Positions 58,824 to 64,000 of a stretch of 64,000 bases of DNA are shown in pieces. The stretch is from an uncultured delta proteobacterium (lineage in GTDB: Bacteria > Myxococcota_A > Polyangia > Polyangiales > Houyiibacteriaceae). Within the stretch, counting starts at the first letter, position 1; each line of letters starts with the position of its first letter. The notes under the pieces were generated by a model. The model saw only the letters and a program-made list of their open reading frames with translations. It had not been told where the DNA came from and made no database searches. The position numbers were made by a program, and so were the translations under genes. The stretch lies in contig CAWJRH010000001.1 of NCBI GenBank assembly GCA_963845195.1, forward strand, positions 526,193 through 590,192, written 5' to 3'.

Positions 58824-59375
58824 ATGGCCTTTGCTTTAAAACTGTCCCGGATGCTTATCATGGCTTCGACTCTGCTTCTGGGCTCGGCCCCGGTGGTTGG
58901 TTGCATTGCGACCGACACCATCGAGTTTGAGCCCACCGAGAACTTTCCGCCTTCGGTAGTGAGTCAGGCCGACGCGCAGTACCCGCTGAACGCCATCGGC
59001 TCTCTCGACCTCGACGATCCGCCGCCCGATCAAGGCTCGGAGCTCCGGCTCGAGACCGTGGTGCGCGACCCAAACACCGATCAAACGCTACAGTATCGAA
59101 TCTTTCTGGACGCACCGGAGCCCCCGGCTTCGGAGTTCCCCATTCTCGACGACGACATCCCTCCGAGTGGATTCGTCGAGCGTGACGTCGACTTCTCCAT
59201 TCCGTTCAGCTTTCTCAGCGCCGGGGTCTGTCATCGACTCGAGCTCGTGGTCGTGGGCGAGTTCGCGAGCTTCATCGAACCGCGTCGCCCGGTAGAGCCC
59301 GGCGACTTCGACGAGGTCACCTGGTGGGTTCGCGTCACCGACGGCGACAATCCAGAAACGACGGAGTGCGAATGA
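58824..59375 (+). CDS. hypothetical lipoprotein
   Basis: Signal plus lipobox GSAPVVGC|IA. Acidic, Pro-rich, beta-rich sequence. No recognised domain. Confidence 0.65.
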   Translation: MAFALKLSRMLIMASTLLLGSAPVVGCIATDTIEFEPTENFPPSVVSQADAQYPLNAIGSLDLDDPPPDQGSELRLETVVRDPNTDQTLQYRIFLDAPEPPASEFPILDDDIPPSGFVERDVDFSIPFSFLSAGVCHRLELVVVGEFASFIEPRRPVEPGDFDEVTWWVRVTDGDNPETTECE

Positions 59376-61111
59376 GACTCCGTGTAGCGCTGCTCGCCAT
59401 CTCGTTGGCTATTTCGTTGCCCGTCTCGCTCGGCGGCTGCGCCTTCGGTGAAGCATCGCAGGCCACCCTTCAGAACCTGTGTTCGGACGACGAGTCCTGC
59501 GCGCTCGGGGTCTGCACCGATGGCATCTGCATCGACGACTCGGGCCAGGAAGTGACTGTTGTTATCGAAGTGCTTCGCGGCGCGGGCGACGCGCAGCGCG
59601 CAATCCCGGCAAGCTGGGCATTCGCACCCGCGGACGTCAGCGGTGAGGCCACGCTCGATCTCACGCTGCCCGTCACCCGCCGAGTCGTGGGCCAGGTCCG
59701 CTGGCAGGGACAGCGGGTGCCGGCGACGATTCGCTTCACCCGCCGCGCCGAGGCAGCTGTCGCGCCTTTGTCGCCCGTGCCCGTCGAGGTGGAAACCAGT
59801 TCCAGCATCGCGTCGCTCGATGGCGAACAGGACCTCGACTATGCCGCGGTGCTGGTTGATGGCGCGACGTACGACGTACGCGTGACCCCGAGCAGCTCTC
59901 CGCTGACCGTGGGCGACCAATCTGTGGCTGCCCTACGCGCGCTGCCGCCGTTTCGCACTACGATCGTCCTCGACGACGAGTCGGTCGAAGGGTCTCCCTA
60001 TCGGTTGGACGTGCTCTTCTCGGAGGGGCTCGACCAAGACTGCGATGCGGATCAGACGACCGGGTGCACCTTGGCTGGACTGATTCTCAGCTTCGATGGG
60101 GAAACCCTCGAACAGACCTCCGGCCTTCAGATTCGTGCGATCGAGCGGGAGACCGAACGCCTAGTTTCCTCGATTGGGGAAACGACTCCCTCGGGCGCCT
60201 ACGAGATTCGGATCAGCGAAGAAGCGGGACCGTATCTGCTTCGAGTGAGTCCGAGCGCCGCGAACACCCAGCTTCCATCGGTCTCGCTCGCTCCCGGCGC
60301 AGACTCAGAAGCCGGGTCCGACTCGGATCTGATTCTCGTCCCTCGCGGCGATATCGTGCAGGTGATGGGCGCGGTCCGCGATCAGGAGCTGCGCCCCGTG
60401 CAGGGCGCCAGTGTGCGACTCACATCGACCGGGGGCGGAGTTCTCGACGTAAGCTCTCTCGGAATCGAAGGCACGTTCGCGGCCACTGCGGTCACCGACG
60501 GCGACGGCCAGTTCAGCGTAGCGCTTCTGCCCGGACGGTATCGCGTCACCGCAACCCCGCCCGACACCCTCAACAACTCTGCGGCTCCTGTCGCCACCGA
60601 GGTTTCGGTCATTCCGGGGCTCGAGGATCTCGGTGAGATCGTGCTTCCTTCCCAGGTCGGACTCTCCGGCTCCTGCGATACCTTCGACGGTGCGCCTGCA
60701 AGCGGCGCGACGATCGTCGCCCGCGCGCGCGGAGACGAAACCGACTTGCAGCGCTCTCGTGAGACGGTCTCGAATGCCAACGGGGCATTCGACATGAGCG
60801 TCGATGCGGGCCCCTATGATCTCCTGGTCAAGGTAGTCGACTCGACAGGCTACGCTTGGTGGGTCGAACCTGGTCTCGAGCTGGCGTCAGACCAGGAACG
60901 CATCGGGCGCTCGTATACGCTCGACCCGCCGATCGTGGCGCGCGGCTTGCTTCGCGGCGCCGGAGGCAGAGTGCTCGGGAACATCCCGATGCGTGCCTAC
61001 GTCTTCGAGGGCGAGGGCGACGAGCAGCGAGCCATTCAAGTGGCAGAGACGGTCACCGAACGAGACGGGACGTATCGCTTGCTCATTTCCCCGGCTCTCG
61101 GCGCACGCTGA
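59372..61111 (+). CDS. lipoprotein with carboxypeptidase-regulatory-like (CarboxypepD_reg) repeats
   Basis: ATGA overlap with the upstream gene. Lipobox SLGGC|AF. Three repeats of the pattern G.V.D....PV.GA.V......TDGDG.F...L.PG.Y.V. Confidence 0.7.
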   Translation: MRLRVALLAISLAISLPVSLGGCAFGEASQATLQNLCSDDESCALGVCTDGICIDDSGQEVTVVIEVLRGAGDAQRAIPASWAFAPADVSGEATLDLTLPVTRRVVGQVRWQGQRVPATIRFTRRAEAAVAPLSPVPVEVETSSSIASLDGEQDLDYAAVLVDGATYDVRVTPSSSPLTVGDQSVAALRALPPFRTTIVLDDESVEGSPYRLDVLFSEGLDQDCDADQTTGCTLAGLILSFDGETLEQTSGLQIRAIERETERLVSSIGETTPSGAYEIRISEEAGPYLLRVSPSAANTQLPSVSLAPGADSEAGSDSDLILVPRGDIVQVMGAVRDQELRPVQGASVRLTSTGGGVLDVSSLGIEGTFAATAVTDGDGQFSVALLPGRYRVTATPPDTLNNSAAPVATEVSVIPGLEDLGEIVLPSQVGLSGSCDTFDGAPASGATIVARARGDETDLQRSRETVSNANGAFDMSVDAGPYDLLVKVVDSTGYAWWVEPGLELASDQERIGRSYTLDPPIVARGLLRGAGGRVLGNIPMRAYVFEGEGDEQRAIQVAETVTERDGTYRLLISPALGAR

Positions 61112-62615
61112 GCATCAGCAACGCCGCAAGGAGACTGAGCCAACCAGGCCAGTCGCCGAGGGTGCCGTAGACGGTCCCTCCTTCGAGCATCCGCACTTCT
61201 TGTCGGATATTTTCCCGGGTCAAGACACCGGTCTGGGCTACGATGCGACCGACTGGATCGATGACGGCGCTAATGCCGCTGTTGGTTGCACGCACGAGAA
61301 AGCGTCGATGCTCGATCGCACGAAGCTGAGCGAGGACCAGATGAATCCACGGCTCCTGCGTCGCGCCGAACCAGGAGTCGTTCGTCATATTGATGAGAAG
61401 ATGCGGCTTTGCTTCCCGCACCATTTTTCGGGTGAACCCAGGGAGCACGTCTTCGTAGCAAATCGGCGTCGAAATGCGCCAGTCTCCCAGGGTCAACGGC
61501 TCAACGTGGCTTCCGGGCGTGAAGTGGCCGCTATTCGGCGAAAGCTCGTAGAGCGCCGGGAACGTTTCCCCGAGAGGCAGGTATTCCCCAAACATCAAAA
61601 GGTACGTCTTGTCGTAGCTCGACGCGATCGTGCCTTCCCGGTCGATGAGGAACGCGGTGTTGTACACGTGCCTGCGGTCGTCGCGGCGTTCGCGTGACAC
61701 ACCGCCAAACAAGACTGGCGTCTCAATCGATCCGCGCACTCGATCCCCAGACATCGGGAGCGTGCGCGGCAAGCTGTCGATGTAAGAAGACTCCGGCCAG
61801 ACCAGCAGGTCGAGCGGACCTTCCTCTTCGAGCTGTCGGCTCTGCTCCAAGTGTCGGCGGTGGCCCTCTACGGCATCCTCGCGCTTTTCGAAGATGCCCA
61901 TGTTCACCTGCACGATGCCGAGCCGAAAGGGCTCTGCAGTCTCGACCGCCGCGTCGATTTGCTGCATGCGAATTAGACCGAAGGTCAGCGACAGAGCCAA
62001 GGCACCCCCGGCGGCTAGCCAGACGCGGTTCGGCCGACTCCGTGAACCCTTGCGCCACCTCCATGTTTCGAATACTGCGACGTTGATCAACACCGCCACC
62101 GCGCTCACGAGCAGCGGACCGCCGAGTTCAGCGGCCTGGAGCAGCGGTGTCTGCCCATGGAAACTGTTGGCGAGGTAGACGGGGAACAGCTTCGGGTAGA
62201 GCCATTCGCAGAGCAGCCAGGTCGGCAGCGCCGCGAGTGCCACCGACCACCCCCGTCGCCGCCCGAGGCCGTAGAGCAGCGCGACGACCGCGTACTGCCC
62301 TCCGATGAACGCGGAGAAGACCAGCCAGAACACCAGGCTCGGTCCGGTCCCGTAGCCCGAGAACACTTCGAAGAACGGAACCAACCAGTGGTAGCCGCCT
62401 GCGATCATCACGAGCCCGTAGACGCCGCCGAGCAGAAGCATTTCGAGCGCGCCTCGGTCGAGCGAGAGCTCGACGGCCGCCCAGAGCGGAACCAGCGCCA
62501 CGAGCGCGAGCGGCCAGATGCCAAACCCTGCCCAGCCTAGAAAATACATCGCTCCCCCGACGGTAGCGAGAGCGTAGGCACGCAGACGATCCGAACGTCG
62601 ACCGCTGTCGTTCAC
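61083..62615 (-). CDS. lnt: apolipoprotein N-acyltransferase
   Basis: GTG 62615 overlaps the bioA stop (GTGA). N-terminal multi-TM region. CN-hydrolase domain with VWPESS and the catalytic-Cys context STPICYEDVLPG. The tracked start 62822 lies inside bioA. Confidence 0.88.
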   Translation of the reverse strand: MNDSGRRSDRLRAYALATVGGAMYFLGWAGFGIWPLALVALVPLWAAVELSLDRGALEMLLLGGVYGLVMIAGGYHWLVPFFEVFSGYGTGPSLVFWLVFSAFIGGQYAVVALLYGLGRRRGWSVALAALPTWLLCEWLYPKLFPVYLANSFHGQTPLLQAAELGGPLLVSAVAVLINVAVFETWRWRKGSRSRPNRVWLAAGGALALSLTFGLIRMQQIDAAVETAEPFRLGIVQVNMGIFEKREDAVEGHRRHLEQSRQLEEEGPLDLLVWPESSYIDSLPRTLPMSGDRVRGSIETPVLFGGVSRERRDDRRHVYNTAFLIDREGTIASSYDKTYLLMFGEYLPLGETFPALYELSPNSGHFTPGSHVEPLTLGDWRISTPICYEDVLPGFTRKMVREAKPHLLINMTNDSWFGATQEPWIHLVLAQLRAIEHRRFLVRATNSGISAVIDPVGRIVAQTGVLTRENIRQEVRMLEGGTVYGTLGDWPGWLSLLAALLMLSVRREPGK

Positions 62616-63916
62616 GTGCCTCCGGCCAGCGCGCGCGCGGTGGCTTCCTCGACGATCGCGAGAAGCTGCTCCAGCTCGTCGTCCGTGATCGTCAGGGGCG
62701 GGATGACGTAGACCGTGTTGCCGAGCGGTCGAAGGTGGGCACCGAGTTCGAGCGCGATTTCCGAGACTTGCCAGCCGATCGTTCCCATGTATCCGGGCGA
62801 CCCCACCTCGAACCCGGCGCACATTCCGAGGGCGCGGGGGTGCCGAATCTCAGGACGCTCACCGAGCGCTTCGATGGCGTTTTTCAAGCGAGCCGCCTTG
62901 CGCCGTGCAGCTTCGAGCAGGTCCTCGTCGCGGTAGATCGCAAGCACTTCGAGAGCGACCGCGGCTCCGAGCGGATTGCCGAAGAACGTGTGTCCGTGCA
63001 TCAGCGCGCGGTCTTTTCCACCGCGAAAACCATCGTAGATTCGCTCCGAGGCGAGCGTGGCGGCGAACGGAATGATGCCGCCGGAAAGGCCCTTGGCGGT
63101 GCAGAGCAGGTCGGGCGCGATCCCCGCGTGGTCGCAGGCCCACATCGGACCGGTGCGGCCAAAGCCGGTGAACACTTCGTCGGCGATCAGGAAGGTGTCT
63201 GCGCGCCGCGTCTGCTCGCGGAGCGTGGTGAGGTACTCGGGCGCGTACATGCGCATCCCGGCGGCGCCCTGCACGATCGGCTCGACGATCACCCCGGCGA
63301 TTCGGTCGCCTTCGGCTTCGAGTCGGGAGCCGATCTCTTCGAAGACAGGGGCCCAGTCGTGCTCGATCGGATCGACGGGGCGCACTGCGTTGAACAGCAA
63401 CGGTCCGAAGATTCCGCTGAACTCGTCGACCGCGCCGACGCTCATCGCGCCCAGGGTATCGCCGTGGTAGCCGCCCGGTAGCGTCAGGAACCGATCGCGC
63501 TCGGGGCGTCCGTTTTGCTGCCAGTACTGGAACGCGATCTTGAGAGCCACCTCGACGGCGGTGGAACCGTCATCGCTGAAAAAGACGCGGTCGAGGCCCT
63601 CGGGCGCCGCCGCGGCAAGCTCGGTCGCGAGGCGGACGCCGGGCTCGTGGGTGGCCGCGGCGAAGGTACAGTGCATCAGAGTTTGCGCCTGTTCGGTGAG
63701 AGCCTTGCGCAGTCGAGGATGTCCGTGGCCGAGGTTGTTGCACCACCACGACCCACTCGCGTCGAAGACACGCTGACCGTGCGTGCCGATGAGCCACGGG
63801 CCTTCGGCGCGCTCGACGATCAGTGGGTCGTTCCGCTGGTGGTCCTCGCTCGATGTGTATGGGCGCCAGACGTGCCGGCGGTCCAGGGCCAGAAGCGCTT
63901 CATCGGAAAGACTCAT
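62612..63916 (-). CDS. bioA: adenosylmethionine--8-amino-7-oxononanoate transaminase
   Basis: Class III aminotransferase motifs. DEVFTGFGRTG and the PLP-Lys context CTAKGLSGG. N-terminus HVWRPYTS. Confidence 0.92.
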   Translation of the reverse strand: MSLSDEALLALDRRHVWRPYTSSEDHQRNDPLIVERAEGPWLIGTHGQRVFDASGSWWCNNLGHGHPRLRKALTEQAQTLMHCTFAAATHEPGVRLATELAAAAPEGLDRVFFSDDGSTAVEVALKIAFQYWQQNGRPERDRFLTLPGGYHGDTLGAMSVGAVDEFSGIFGPLLFNAVRPVDPIEHDWAPVFEEIGSRLEAEGDRIAGVIVEPIVQGAAGMRMYAPEYLTTLREQTRRADTFLIADEVFTGFGRTGPMWACDHAGIAPDLLCTAKGLSGGIIPFAATLASERIYDGFRGGKDRALMHGHTFFGNPLGAAVALEVLAIYRDEDLLEAARRKAARLKNAIEALGERPEIRHPRALGMCAGFEVGSPGYMGTIGWQVSEIALELGAHLRPLGNTVYVIPPLTITDDELEQLLAIVEEATARALAGGT

Positions 63917-64000
63917 GTCGCGAACTCTGGGCTAGGGCGTCCGGTGACGCCAGTCCTGGCGGGTCGTCGGCCATGCAGTACGCGCCTACTGCGGACCGAC

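Noticed and set aside
62616-62822. 69-aa N-terminal extension of the lnt ORF
   Set aside because: It lies inside bioA in another frame and is Arg-rich. GTG 62615 overlaps the bioA stop (GTGA) and precedes the first Lnt TM helices.

Overview
The window is a GC-rich chromosomal segment, roughly two-thirds G+C by eye. Genes are tightly packed, with many 1-4 nt start/stop overlaps. I call 56 protein-coding genes and one tRNA. I saw no rRNA, CRISPR array, transposase, integrase or prophage genes. The gene content suggests a Myxococcota/deltaproteobacterial-type genome, which is an inference: three sigma54 enhancer-binding proteins (one fused to FHA and GAF domains), a eukaryote-like Ser/Thr kinase, several GGDEF/EAL/PilZ proteins and many lipoproteins.

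Most of the window is housekeeping:
- dapF
- yebC-ruvC-ruvA-ruvB
- gltX
- an M16 peptidase pair
- fabI
- hrcA-grpE-dnaK
- murB and serS
- a class II B12-dependent ribonucleotide reductase (nrdJ)
- lnt and bioA

The regions worth a second look are:
1. 1.76-8.0 kb. Two tandem DUF3604 lipoprotein paralogues show a mosaic identity pattern. They are translationally coupled to a membrane-anchored parvulin-like protein and an N-terminally extended HupE/UreJ protein.
2. 31.3-36.8 kb. A RegB/RegA-type redox two-component system starts 2 nt after dnaK, where dnaJ usually sits. It is followed by an all-exported four-gene cluster: a CxxC beta-barrel protein, a lipoprotein with an apparent +1 frameshift, MbnP and the di-haem MbnH.
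3. 53.0-53.5 kb. A 536-nt leader upstream of nrdJ is visibly AT-richer than its surroundings and carries a 13-bp hairpin and short A-rich direct repeats.
4. 56.9-61.1 kb. An FHA-GAF-sigma54 activator is followed by a -24/-12-like motif and two coupled lipoprotein genes.
5. 41.8-50.3 kb. A dense signalling block.

Several tracked ORFs are N-terminally over-extended, and I give trimmed starts with reasons. All functional calls rest on motifs read by eye. No database search was run.
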